From assembly GCF_000253055.1 (NCBI RefSeq), contig NC_016070.1, forward strand, positions 660,001 through 692,000: a DNA stretch of 32,000 nt, in the 5' to 3' direction. Origin of the DNA: Thermoproteus tenax Kra 1 (GTDB lineage Archaea > Thermoproteota > Thermoprotei > Thermoproteales > Thermoproteaceae). Shown piece after piece: positions 8,222 to 17,125 of the stretch. Position numbers and translations under genes: made by a program. Every line of letters starts with the position of its first letter. Position 1 is the stretch's first letter. The notes below the pieces were generated by a model. That model saw only the letters and a list, made by a program, of their open reading frames with translations, did not search any database and was not told the origin of the DNA.

Positions 8222-9520
8222 TTAGCAGATCTCGATCGGCTCAACGAGCAGAGGGCTTCCTGTCTCGACAACCCTCACTCTGCATCCCTTCTTCACTGGG
8301 GCGCGCGCTGTTGCCTTCCAGTACTCGCCCATGATTATGACATAGCCTGTGCTGCCCGGCGCTATGTCGTCAACCGCAGTGCCCTCCATACCCTTAAGGG
8401 TCAATAGCCGCTCCGATAGCGGGCGCCTCAAGTGGACCGATACAGCCTTCCACGCTATAAACGCAACGAGCCCCACTAAGAGCGATAGAAGAGCGAAGGC
8501 TGCTCCCATCAACGTCCAATAGTTCGTTATAACAATGGGCTGTCCCTGTAGTTGAACGGGGGGGAACAAACTTAGGAAGCTCAACACTATCAGAGCGGCG
8601 CCCAGTCCCTCCAACACGCCGTGGGTGTATCCGCCGGAGAGCATGCCAACGAAAAGGAGGGCCACGCCCATGATAAAGAGAGCCACCCACACCCAACTTG
8701 TTGATATAAACGGCAGAACCGAGAGGATAAACAAGACGACTCCCAGCGCGGCGAGATGCGGGTGGCCCGTAGCCAGCGCTGCTATGATCACGAATAGGGC
8801 CAACAGCGAGAGGACGCTTTCCACTACGTCGTTCATGAGCCACATCTGTATCATCTCGCCGAGCGTCGGCTCGACTTGAACTACGGCCGGGCTCTCCACT
8901 ATTATGACCATTCTGTGGCCTCCCACTATAGCCTGCGTCCCGTTTATCTCTTGCAACAGCTCGCCTAAGTCCTTAGCTATATAGTTTATTACGTGGTACT
9001 TCAGCGCCTCGTAAGCGTTTAAGTTTATGTTCCTCTCTACGCAAAGATAGGCGTAAGTCCCATTTCTCCCATAGGACGCCATAACTGTCGCGAGATACTC
9101 GGCGAAGGCGTTCAGAACTTTGCTCTCGTTGATAGGCGTTAAGCCCTCTACAGGCTGGCACGAGCCTATGACCGTATGAGGCGCCATGGCGGCTATCGGA
9201 GAGGAGAGGAGCAGATAGGTGCCGCCTGACCACGCATATCCGTAATCTGGGTATACATAACCTATTACCGGCACGGGCGAAGACCCGATCAATTGAATGG
9301 CTTGCAACGTCGACTCAGCGAGCCCGCCCGGCGTGTTTAACAATATGAGCACAGCGCCAGACGAGCGTTGAGCAAGCTCTATGGCGCGCGATATCTGTGA
9401 GACTGTATAAGGCCCTATCGTGCTATCGACCCTCACTACGTACACGTTCTTTACATAGTAAATTGTCTGGGCGCACAAAAACGCGCTTAATAAAACCAAG
9501 ACCAGTAGCAGATATCTCAC
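8222..9520 (-). CDS. NfeD-family membrane-bound ClpP-class serine protease
   Basis: Signal peptide, LLNTPGGLAEST, YAWSGGTYLLLSSPIAAMAPHTVIGS, C-terminal TMs and OB-like NfeD domain; overlaps the stomatin gene stop (GTGA). Confidence 0.9.
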   Translation of the reverse strand: MRYLLLVLVLLSAFLCAQTIYYVKNVYVVRVDSTIGPYTVSQISRAIELAQRSSGAVLILLNTPGGLAESTLQAIQLIGSSPVPVIGYVYPDYGYAWSGGTYLLLSSPIAAMAPHTVIGSCQPVEGLTPINESKVLNAFAEYLATVMASYGRNGTYAYLCVERNINLNAYEALKYHVINYIAKDLGELLQEINGTQAIVGGHRMVIIVESPAVVQVEPTLGEMIQMWLMNDVVESVLSLLALFVIIAALATGHPHLAALGVVLFILSVLPFISTSWVWVALFIMGVALLFVGMLSGGYTHGVLEGLGAALIVLSFLSLFPPVQLQGQPIVITNYWTLMGAAFALLSLLVGLVAFIAWKAVSVHLRRPLSERLLTLKGMEGTAVDDIAPGSTGYVIIMGEYWKATARAPVKKGCRVRVVETGSPLLVEPIEIC

Positions 9521-10335
9521 TGTCCCTGCTGTTGATCAGTCTGTCCTTGTCTATTCTGCATAGATCTCGCCAACGCTGCCGGAAGGGCGACGAACTCCAA
9601 CGAAGATGGAGTAACGATTATCAGGTTGTGTTCTCTGGCCATTTCCAACAAAGCGTCTATCTGTCTCAGTTGGACGGCCACTGGGTTCTTGGCGTATGTA
9701 TCGGCTGCCTCTAAATAGATCTTGCTGGCCTCGTACTCGGCCGAGGCTATAGTTATCTTGGCTCTACGTAGGCGCTCGGCCTCGGCTTGAGAGGCCATAG
9801 CTCTGACGAGAGACTCAGGCAATCTGATGTCGCGTATGGCCACCCCTGTCACCTTCACGCCCCACGGAGTGACGTGTTCGTCGACTATATCGGCTATTTT
9901 CTTGGCTATTTCCTCTCTATGAGTCAACAGAGTGTCTAGGTCGACCATGCCCACTACGTCGCGTAGTGTAGCTGCGGCGAATGTGGCCACAGCGGGGACG
10001 TGGTTCTTAACGGTCACGGCGACCTTGAGGGGGTCTATAACTCTGAGATAGACGGCTGCATCTATAGTGACCTCGACGTTGTCCTTAGTGAGAGCCTTCT
10101 GTTGAGGCACATCGACGACCTCGATGCGTAGATCATATCTAATTATTGAGTCTATTATCGGCACAATGAAGACGAGGCCAGGCCCCAAGAGGCCCGTGAT
10201 CCTCCCCAGTCTGAAGCGAACTGCGCGCTGATACTCAGGGATTACTTTGATTGAGGAGGCCAACAGCGCGATTATTATTATAAAGACGATAAACGCCGCC
10301 ACCGCTGCCAAGACCAACCCTATTTGTAGAAACAT
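9517..10335 (-). CDS. SPFH/stomatin-like (prohibitin-homologue) protein
   Basis: IKVIPEYQRAVRFRLGRITGLLGPGLVFIVPIIDSIIRYDLR...QKALTKDNVEVTIDAAVYLRV; operon with nfeD. Start at 10335 lies about 26 nt after cataaatttattt (TTG 10356 is an alternative). Confidence 0.93.
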   Translation of the reverse strand: MFLQIGLVLAAVAAFIVFIIIIALLASSIKVIPEYQRAVRFRLGRITGLLGPGLVFIVPIIDSIIRYDLRIEVVDVPQQKALTKDNVEVTIDAAVYLRVIDPLKVAVTVKNHVPAVATFAAATLRDVVGMVDLDTLLTHREEIAKKIADIVDEHVTPWGVKVTGVAIRDIRLPESLVRAMASQAEAERLRRAKITIASAEYEASKIYLEAADTYAKNPVAVQLRQIDALLEMAREHNLIIVTPSSLEFVALPAALARSMQNRQGQTDQQQGQ

Positions 10336-10509
10336 AGTTAAATCTTGAAGGGACAAATAAATTTATGGGGACGTCGTGGGGACGGTCTGAAAGTGATGAG
10401 AGACCCGCGCTACCGACGAACATCATCGGGAGCCCCAACTGGGGATCGTATGCGTTTTAGGCTATGCCGAGACCGGGAGATGCAGAAAGCGCAAGTGAAT
10501 GTGCTACAA

Positions 10510-11112
10510 TTACGCGCTAAACGATGTTATGATCTTTCTTCTGATGAAGTCTTCCCTCTCTTGTTCCTCCAAGGCTAGTGTGATATACCTTATCGTGTCT
10601 TGGATTCTGGGCACTATCACGTAGTCTATGGCGTTTATCATCCTCTGATATTCTCTGACTCTGTTGAGCAACGCGTAAAATAATGTCTCCTTCTCGGCGA
10701 AAGAGAGGAGCTTGGGCAGAAGCTCCCTCATTTTAACAAGTGCTAGATCTAGCTCGGGCGCCTCTGCCATAAGGCTGTAGATCGGATATTTTCCGTAATT
10801 CTCGACCTCAAGACCCAGATACATACCGCGATTGACTGTGACGACGTTAGCGACCTTCGGCGTTATCTCGGCCAACATGTCGACTCTGTCTATTCCTTCC
10901 TTGGCTACAGCCATCTTGTACAACTCGGAGATCTCGGAGAAACTCGCAGCTATCTCCGCTCTATCCCTCTCGAGCTCTGCTATCAGAGCTCTGATCCTCT
11001 GGATAGTGCTGTTCCTGGCGTCGACCAACGTTTTCTTAATCCTCAGAAAGAGCTGCAAACGTCTCCTCTGGTTTATCAGCTCCAGACGAGAAGGGCTAAC
11101 TCGCGATGACAC
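10510..11112 (-). CDS. atpD: A-type ATP synthase subunit D
   Basis: SPSRLELINQRRRLQLFLRIKKTLVDARNSTIQRIRAL and C-terminal RRVREYQRM-like segment NRVREYQRMINAIDYVIVPRIQDTIRYI. GTG 11112 lies about 27 nt after ctttaaaaatt (ORF opens at 11133). Confidence 0.9.
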   Translation of the reverse strand: MSSRVSPSRLELINQRRRLQLFLRIKKTLVDARNSTIQRIRALIAELERDRAEIAASFSEISELYKMAVAKEGIDRVDMLAEITPKVANVVTVNRGMYLGLEVENYGKYPIYSLMAEAPELDLALVKMRELLPKLLSFAEKETLFYALLNRVREYQRMINAIDYVIVPRIQDTIRYITLALEEQEREDFIRRKIITSFSA

Positions 11113-11239
11113 CGAGAAGGCGGTACAGCGCAATTTTTAAAGATTCCGTCAAGCGAGACGCTTGGCCTTAACTCCCGGCGGCCAGAATCCGAGCGTCGCG
11201 AGGAGCACATAGTTAAAAACCCCTGTTGTTGTTTGAACA

Positions 11240-11392
11240 GTGTCGGTTAAAAGCCTAGAGATTCAAATAAAAGAGCTAGTGGATAAAGAGCTCGAAAAAA
11301 TTATAATTCAGGCAAGGAAAGAGCTTGAAGAATCTATAAAAGAATTGGATTCGCAATTGGAAAAACTGAAACAATATTTAAAAGGAGCCTAA
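11240..11392 (+). CDS. 50-aa coiled-coil protein immediately upstream of atpK (not in the ORF track)
   Basis: Manual translation: VSVKSLEIQIKELVDKELEKIIIQARKELEESIKELDSQLEKLKQYLKGA*. GTG lies about 25 nt downstream of catagttaaaaac. Confidence 0.55.
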   Translation: MSVKSLEIQIKELVDKELEKIIIQARKELEESIKELDSQLEKLKQYLKGA

Positions 11393-11404
11393 ATTCGAGA
11401 TGCC

Positions 11405-11677
11405 ATGAAGCTAAGGTATATAACCTATCTCTTGTTGCTAAGCGCTGTTGCGTTGGCGCAGTCGACGAATCCCGGCAATCAATACATTGGAGCTGGTATA
11501 GCCATGGGGTTGGCAGGACTGGGCGCCGGCATTGGCGTCGGAATAGCTGGGGCCGCCGCCATATCGGCCCTTGTGGAGAGACCTCAAGAGCGCGTCTGGT
11601 ATCTAATATTCGTCGCGCTAGCTGAGGCAATAGCTATCTACGGCCTGCTGGTAAGCTTTATACTGGCCGCTAAATAA
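11405..11677 (+). CDS. atpK: A-type ATP synthase subunit K (proteolipid)
   Basis: Signal-like N-terminus plus a single helical hairpin with Gly-rich helix (GAGIAMGLAGLGAGIGVGIAGAAAI) and carboxylate helix (VALAEAIAIYGLLVSFIL). Confidence 0.93.
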   Translation: MKLRYITYLLLLSAVALAQSTNPGNQYIGAGIAMGLAGLGAGIGVGIAGAAAISALVERPQERVWYLIFVALAEAIAIYGLLVSFILAAK

Positions 11678-12719
11678 TAGTTAAAGGCGCGAAGTAACTA
11701 CGCCTTTTTTCTACGGAGACGCCCTCAACCAACATGGCTGCCGATTTTATTATCAACATCGTCTCGGCCCTTGCATATTCTAGCTCTGCCAAGAGCGCCC
11801 CCAAGGAGAACTCGGAACATTCAGCCACACAGATGTCAGCGAGACGCCTCATTATAGCTGGATAGGCGTTGTCTAGGGCGACTGAGAGGTTCTCGAAGGT
11901 GGGCTCCTCGGAGACCAACGACGTTATTACTTGGCCCCAGGGCCTTAGATTCGAGATCAAGTCCAGCGTCCTGGCGATCTCGCCCCTAGCTATTGAATCG
12001 AAGATATCTCTAAGAAGGCCGGACGGCATACCTACAGTGAGAGAGGCCAACTCCTCCTGCGAGAGGCCCCACAGCTTCGCCCTCACCGCCAACATCAGAT
12101 CAAAGTACGCGATCAACGCCGAGATAAGCCTCTCAAGAGACCTATCTTTGGACTCCTTGAGCGATTTTGTATAATCAATTATCCACTGTCTATCGATGAA
12201 GATGGCCGATTTATCGTAGCCGAACTTCTGCATTAGGTCGAAGGCCTCTGAGGCAGGATGGCGCAAGGACTTGAGCCTCTCTCCGACCTCCTCCACGCTC
12301 CTGGCGCTGAGCAAGGACGCGATGATGTAGCGCCTTCCCGTGAACTCCAACGGCTCCCACACGACGAACTCTTCGGGGCTCTTCCCCGATTTTATAGCAG
12401 TGATTATATATTGTATATTTTCATATTCGAAACGCTTGAGATGCAACTTGATGACCTCTCTGCCGTCCTGCGGCGAGCCGAGATATAGGTCTCTAACTCT
12501 GTTCATATATATATGAATTATTTGTTCTCTTAGGTCTTTCAATGTATTTTCATCGAGTTTATCGATCGATATTTGATATTCTGTTGTTCTTAAAATATTC
12601 AAGAATTCGTCTGGAGTATTGGCGTAGGCCAGTGCTATCGCCTTGTCTTTGGGCAAAACTCTTGACTTGAGAGACCGTACCTTTGGGCCTAGGCTCGGCC
12701 TCTTCAATACTGAACTCAT
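11670..12719 (-). CDS. atpC: A-type ATP synthase subunit C (AC39-like)
   Basis: 349 aa: RSLKSRVLPKDKAIALAYANTPDEFLNILRTTEY; YIITAIKSG; linked to other ATP synthase genes. Confidence 0.8.
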   Translation of the reverse strand: MSSVLKRPSLGPKVRSLKSRVLPKDKAIALAYANTPDEFLNILRTTEYQISIDKLDENTLKDLREQIIHIYMNRVRDLYLGSPQDGREVIKLHLKRFEYENIQYIITAIKSGKSPEEFVVWEPLEFTGRRYIIASLLSARSVEEVGERLKSLRHPASEAFDLMQKFGYDKSAIFIDRQWIIDYTKSLKESKDRSLERLISALIAYFDLMLAVRAKLWGLSQEELASLTVGMPSGLLRDIFDSIARGEIARTLDLISNLRPWGQVITSLVSEEPTFENLSVALDNAYPAIMRRLADICVAECSEFSLGALLAELEYARAETMLIIKSAAMLVEGVSVEKRRSYFAPLTII

Positions 12720-13033
12720 ATGCCGAGCTGTTTTAATACGGCCTCAACAACGTCGTTCTTCTTCCTCTCGTATTTCTCGAGGATCTCGTTCCTTTTTTTC
12801 TCGGCGTCTTGTAAAATCCTAGCGGCCTCCTCCTTGGCCTGCGACAACACGCTCGATCTATACTCATCTATACTTTTCTTTACAATGTTTTCAATTATAT
12901 TATTTATTTCATTTGAATATTTCTCTATAATTGTTTGTATGTTATTTCTTACTTTTTGTTTAACTTGCTCCGTTTCCTTTAACAGTTTATCGACCTCCTC
13001 AAGACTCTTTAAAACTTCGTCGAGCTTAAGCAT
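12716..13033 (-). CDS. Coiled-coil A-type ATP synthase peripheral stalk subunit, probably H (alternatively E-like)
   Basis: LKLDEVLKSLEEVDKLLKETEQVKQKV...KEEAARILQDAEKKRNEILEKYERKKNDVVEAVLKQLGI; ATGA overlap with atpC; TATA gatataaaaac about 25 nt upstream of ATG 13033. Confidence 0.6.
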   Translation of the reverse strand: MLKLDEVLKSLEEVDKLLKETEQVKQKVRNNIQTIIEKYSNEINNIIENIVKKSIDEYRSSVLSQAKEEAARILQDAEKKRNEILEKYERKKNDVVEAVLKQLGI

Positions 13034-13202
13034 ATTGGGCACACTGCCTTGTTTTTATATCTCTTCACTTCGTTCTGTGGGATGACGAGCCCAGGACTGC
13101 CGGACGTATGAAGAGATTTCTCGACCCTGATATACAACGCGAAGGATTCGCCCTTAACTTGGCATCAACAATATAAATATAAAGGGGGAATTCAACACTT
13201 CT

Positions 13203-14015
13203 GTGGCTACAGAGACCGCCTACTATGGAGGCCCTAAGATTCAGGAGAATCTATTCTACGAGACCACGCCTACAGGCGTAGAGGGTCTCGACCAAATTTT
13301 GGGCGGAGGCTTCATTAGGGGCCGCACTTACCTCATATCGGGCGAGACGGGCACAGGCAAAACGTTGATATCTCTGACGTTTCTTCTTCAGGGTGCTCTG
13401 AAGTTCGGAGAGCCAGGCATCTACGTGAGCGTAGATGAGACCTACGAGCAGTTGGTCATGGGGGCCAAGCGTTTTGGGTGGGATTTAGAGGAGCTGAGAG
13501 CGAAGGGTCTCATCGAGGTGTTGGTGCCCGAGATGGATCTGATAGAGAGGATCAGAGAGAAGGATCCCACCGCCATAGCCAAGTCCCTTATAGCTTCCTT
13601 GAGAGACTACGTCGTGGCGTTAAACGCCCAGAGGCTCGTCATAGACCCCATAGCCCCCCTAGTCACTATGGAGAAGGACGTCCAAGTGCTGCGCGAGTAC
13701 ATCCGCGTGCTAGTCATGGGGATAGAGAGAGAAATAGGCACTACTAACATCGTCACGACCGAGATTCCAAGCGGGTCCACTGCCATTAGCCGTTATGGCG
13801 TTGAGGAGTTCTTAGCGACCGGCGTCTTAGTCACAGGTATAGTGAGGACGCGCGATGGGGGATTCAAACGGGTCATCTTCATCAGAAAGATGAGGTGGTC
13901 GCCTGTTCAGCCAGGCGTATATGAATTTGAGATTGTGCCGAAGGAGGGCGTCGTAGTGAAGTCTCAAGTCAAGGAGCCAGTCATGCCTGTGACCTTCTTG
14001 CCCTTCGTTCCGTAG
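13203..14015 (+). CDS. KaiC-like / RecA-superfamily ATPase
   Basis: GVEGLDQILGGGFIRGRTYLISGETGTGKTLISLTFLLQGALKFGEPGIYVSVDE; TATA atataaatataaa about 26 nt upstream of the GTG. Confidence 0.9.
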   Translation: MATETAYYGGPKIQENLFYETTPTGVEGLDQILGGGFIRGRTYLISGETGTGKTLISLTFLLQGALKFGEPGIYVSVDETYEQLVMGAKRFGWDLEELRAKGLIEVLVPEMDLIERIREKDPTAIAKSLIASLRDYVVALNAQRLVIDPIAPLVTMEKDVQVLREYIRVLVMGIEREIGTTNIVTTEIPSGSTAISRYGVEEFLATGVLVTGIVRTRDGGFKRVIFIRKMRWSPVQPGVYEFEIVPKEGVVVKSQVKEPVMPVTFLPFVP

Positions 14016-14018
14016 CTG

Positions 14019-14609
14019 GTGATCTTCATAGCGATCGAGGGAATAGATGGAAGCGGCAAATCCACTGTCATCTCTCTGTTGCGGGAGATGTTGGGGATCT
14101 ATGCGACTAAAGAGCCAAGCTCGGGCCCCATCGGAAGGCTCATAAAGGAGTGGTCGCTCAAGGGAGGGACCCAAGATCCCTATGTAGATGCGCTCCTATT
14201 TGCAGCAGATAGACTCGATCATTATCAGAGGGAGATAGCGCCGGCTCTTGCCAAGGGCTATATAGTTGTAACAGAACGTTATATTGAATCTAGTATTGCA
14301 TACCAAGGCGCAGCAGGTGTCGATATAGGCTTCATAGAGTTAGTGAACTCGAGAGTGCGGAGGCCGGATCTGACCATAATACTCGACATAGATCCCTCTA
14401 AGGCCTTGGAGAGAGTGCGCTTCAGAGGTACAGCCCTTGAGAAGTATGAAAAAATAGAGTTCCTAAGGCGGGTTAGAGCCATATACCTTGATAGAGCTGC
14501 CAAGTTCGGCTACGCCGTGTTGGACGCAGATAGAGGGCCGCGAGAAGTGGCGGAGGACGTCGCAAGGCTGGTGAGAGCTACCCTTTCGCGAGCTCGAGGA
14601 ACCTCCTAA
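14019..14609 (+). CDS. tmk: Thymidylate kinase
   Basis: MIFIAIEGIDGSGKSTVISLLREML; ATKEPSSGPIGRLIKE; FAADRLDHYQREIAPALAKGYIVVTERYIESSIAYQG. Confidence 0.95.
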   Translation: MIFIAIEGIDGSGKSTVISLLREMLGIYATKEPSSGPIGRLIKEWSLKGGTQDPYVDALLFAADRLDHYQREIAPALAKGYIVVTERYIESSIAYQGAAGVDIGFIELVNSRVRRPDLTIILDIDPSKALERVRFRGTALEKYEKIEFLRRVRAIYLDRAAKFGYAVLDADRGPREVAEDVARLVRATLSRARGTS

Positions 14610-15153
14610 ACAGGCGGAGACCCTTCTTGCCGCTCCTCTCAGGATGGAATTGGACTCCGAAAACCGCTCTCTCCTCGTCGCACACAGCTGCCACATACCT
14701 TTTTCCTAGGTCAATGTAAGCAGCTTCATAGGGCCTGCCGGCGCTCTCTACGCCATAGCTGTGAAGGTAATAGTAATATCCATCCTCGAGGAGGGCGCAG
14801 GCGCCAGTCGATCTAGTGTGCTCCCAACCGATGTGGGGCACTCTGTCTGCGACTATTCTGACCACGCGACCTGGGAAAATGCCCAGGCCTGATCCCTCTC
14901 CCTCCTCGCTGGAATTGAACATGAGCTGCATCCCTAGACAGATGCCCAACATGGGCTTTTGGCCCACATACTCGGAGGCTTGTCTGGCCAGCGCGCTGGC
15001 AGCCGAGAATGTGCCGACGCCCGGCAATATTAGCGCGTCTGCGTCAGCAATCTCGCGCCCTCTGGTCACTACGACTTGTGCGCCAACGCGGGAGAGTGCT
15101 GAGACCAGACTCCCTATATTGCCAACCGTGTAGTCAAGTATTGCGACCCTCAT
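14578..15153 (-). CDS. hisH: Imidazole glycerol phosphate synthase glutaminase subunit HisH
   Basis: VAILDYTVGNIGSLVSALSRVGA; LPGVGTFSAA; PMLGICLGMQLMF; VFGVQFHPEKSG. ATGA overlap with hisG. Confidence 0.95.
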   Translation of the reverse strand: MRVAILDYTVGNIGSLVSALSRVGAQVVVTRGREIADADALILPGVGTFSAASALARQASEYVGQKPMLGICLGMQLMFNSSEEGEGSGLGIFPGRVVRIVADRVPHIGWEHTRSTGACALLEDGYYYYLHSYGVESAGRPYEAAYIDLGKRYVAAVCDEERAVFGVQFHPERSGKKGLRLFRRFLELAKG

Positions 15154-15992
15154 CTTATCAACTTATTCAGCGGCACTACGACGACGTCCTTAGCTCCCGC
15201 AGCCTTAAGCTTCATAATTAAATCGGGGAGCTGATCCTCGTCGACCACCGAGAAGACCTCGTACATATCCCCTCTCACTAACCTAGCGACGCTGGGCGAC
15301 TCCATTGCGGGCAACACCGAGACTACGTCGGCGATCCTGCCCGCTGGGACGTTGAGGAATATCATCCGCTTGTCCTCCGCCTCAAGATATCCCTTTATAT
15401 ATGTTAATAGTTTTTGGACTATATAGTTGTCTATCTGCTCCCTCTCAACTATAAGTCTGGCCGAGCTGTCCAATATTTTCTCCAAAGGCTCTAGGCCGTG
15501 TAGTGCCAACGTGGTACCTGTGGCCATCACGTCGACGATTACGTCGGCCACGCCCAACAACGGCATCACCTCGACGGAGCCAGACACCTTGACTATCTTG
15601 ACCTTCTTTCCGCGCTCGTCAAAGAAGCGGGACGCTATGTTTACGTACTTCGTGGCTACCTTAGTTCCATCGGGTATCTCGTCTACCGACCTCCACCTAC
15701 CTTTGACTGCTGCAACCACGATGGACCCTCTGCCTATTTTGAGGTCGAGGGCTTCAACCACATCGGCCCCCGATTCCACCACGAAGTCGTGGCCCGTTAT
15801 GCCTGCCGCTACCTTGCCTGCGGCGACGATGGCGGGTATGTCCTCGGGCCTTAGCCTCACGATATTTAAATCCGGCCACGATGTCGGCAGAATTATTGAT
15901 CTCTCATCGGAGGCCAGAAGACTGATGCCGGCCAGCTCCAATAGCCTTATGGTTGGCTCCATCAAACGGCCCTTATTGGGTACGGCGAACAA
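15150..15992 (-). CDS. hisG: ATP phosphoribosyltransferase (HisG, long form with C-terminal regulatory domain)
   Basis: AVPNKGRLMEPTIRLLELAGI; VAAGITGHDFVVESGADV; GVADVIVDVMATGTTL. Confidence 0.95.
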   Translation of the reverse strand: MFAVPNKGRLMEPTIRLLELAGISLLASDERSIILPTSWPDLNIVRLRPEDIPAIVAAGKVAAGITGHDFVVESGADVVEALDLKIGRGSIVVAAVKGRWRSVDEIPDGTKVATKYVNIASRFFDERGKKVKIVKVSGSVEVMPLLGVADVIVDVMATGTTLALHGLEPLEKILDSSARLIVEREQIDNYIVQKLLTYIKGYLEAEDKRMIFLNVPAGRIADVVSVLPAMESPSVARLVRGDMYEVFSVVDEDQLPDLIMKLKAAGAKDVVVVPLNKLIR

Positions 15993-16039
15993 TATGGGGA
16001 CTGTCCTTGTTCTGCATGAGGTGGCGAAATCGACTTAAA

Positions 16040-17047
16040 TTAAACTTTTCTGTCTAATGCCTCGTTCAGAGCCGCTAGGAACTTCTCCATGATCTCCAGA
16101 GGCGCTATCGTGAATCTGATGCAAGAGCGACACAACGGCTTGTTGCCCAAGGCCCTAACTGCGAAGCCGCGCCTCATGAGCTCCCTCTCTATTGTATCCG
16201 CGTCTTCTACCTTCAGTGTGATGAAATTGGCCTCACCCACATATTTCTCAAGTCTTATTCTGCCTGCCACAATGCCCTTGACCTCTCTCATCGCCTCCAC
16301 AGAGCTTCTCACGTACGTCTCAAGCTCTAGTGCTCTTTCGACTATCTTCGCCGATGCCGAACTTATCGGATGCGGATATGATAGCGCCTTTAATGCGTCT
16401 GAGAGCCTTTTGTGCGCGACTAGATAGCCGACCCTCAAGCCCGCGAGTCCCCACGCCTTAGAGAACGTCCTTGCCTCTATTACGTTTCCGTACTCAAAGA
16501 GGGATGGTCGCCACCTCCCAGCGAACTCGGCGTACGCCGCATCGTAGATCAAGACGCCGTCGAGCTTGGCGGCTAGCTCCTCCAGCTCCTTAGCTTGATG
16601 GCCCGTTGGGTTGTTCGGCGAGCACACGTAGACTCCTCCGCCTCTTCCCCGCCTCACTATGTCGTCCACGTCTATCCTTAGGTCTTGGGTGAATTGGGCT
16701 TGTTCGTAGCGTACGCCCAACTGCTCCGAAAGCAATCTGGCCATGCTGTATGTCGGCTCCAACACTACCAACTTCTTCTCGACGGCGAAATTCAGAAGCT
16801 GTATAGAGGCGCGAAGTCCGTCGTCAGCGCCTGCGGTGATAGTTACTGTGCCCTCAGGTAGGCTATAGTATGTCTCTATCTTTTTAGCTAGAGATATGTT
16901 ATTGGGTTGCGTGTAATATCTGATCTCCCAACTCTCGAGCGGTAGCTGCAGCTCTCTATAGTACTCCTCAGGCAAGAACAAGTTCTCGTTGAAATGGAGC
17001 CTATAGACTCTGTACCCCACGTCGGGCTCCTCATAGTACTGAGGCAT
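16040..17047 (-). CDS. hisC: Histidinol-phosphate aminotransferase
   Basis: YRLHFNENLFLP; VYVCSPNNPTGHQ; DAAYAEF; ARTFSKAWGLAGLRVGYLVA. Start uncertain: ATG 17047 or ATG 17095. Confidence 0.9.
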   Translation of the reverse strand: MPQYYEEPDVGYRVYRLHFNENLFLPEEYYRELQLPLESWEIRYYTQPNNISLAKKIETYYSLPEGTVTITAGADDGLRASIQLLNFAVEKKLVVLEPTYSMARLLSEQLGVRYEQAQFTQDLRIDVDDIVRRGRGGGVYVCSPNNPTGHQAKELEELAAKLDGVLIYDAAYAEFAGRWRPSLFEYGNVIEARTFSKAWGLAGLRVGYLVAHKRLSDALKALSYPHPISSASAKIVERALELETYVRSSVEAMREVKGIVAGRIRLEKYVGEANFITLKVEDADTIERELMRRGFAVRALGNKPLCRSCIRFTIAPLEIMEKFLAALNEALDRKV

Positions 17048-17125
17048 GGCTATGAACGGCAAACTCGCTCTACCGGCATTGGGGGATCCGCCCATAGGCG
17101 CCCATGTAGTTATATAGAAAAAATT

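Noticed and set aside
8023-8334. ORFs 8023-8271 (-) and 8068-8334 (+)
   Set aside because: Ser/Arg-rich low-complexity translations with no family features; a hydrophobic minus-strand frame (8010-8186) is more protein-like.
10345-10578. + strand 77-aa ORF and - strand 10235-10438 ORF between atpD and the stomatin gene
   Set aside because: No family similarity; they straddle intergenic DNA and antisense of known genes. A GTGATGA at 10393-10399 was considered as a C box, but no proper D box or C'/D' pair follows.
11334-11630. - strand 98-aa ORF
   Set aside because: Shadow frame of atpK and the upstream small ORF; no recognisable features.
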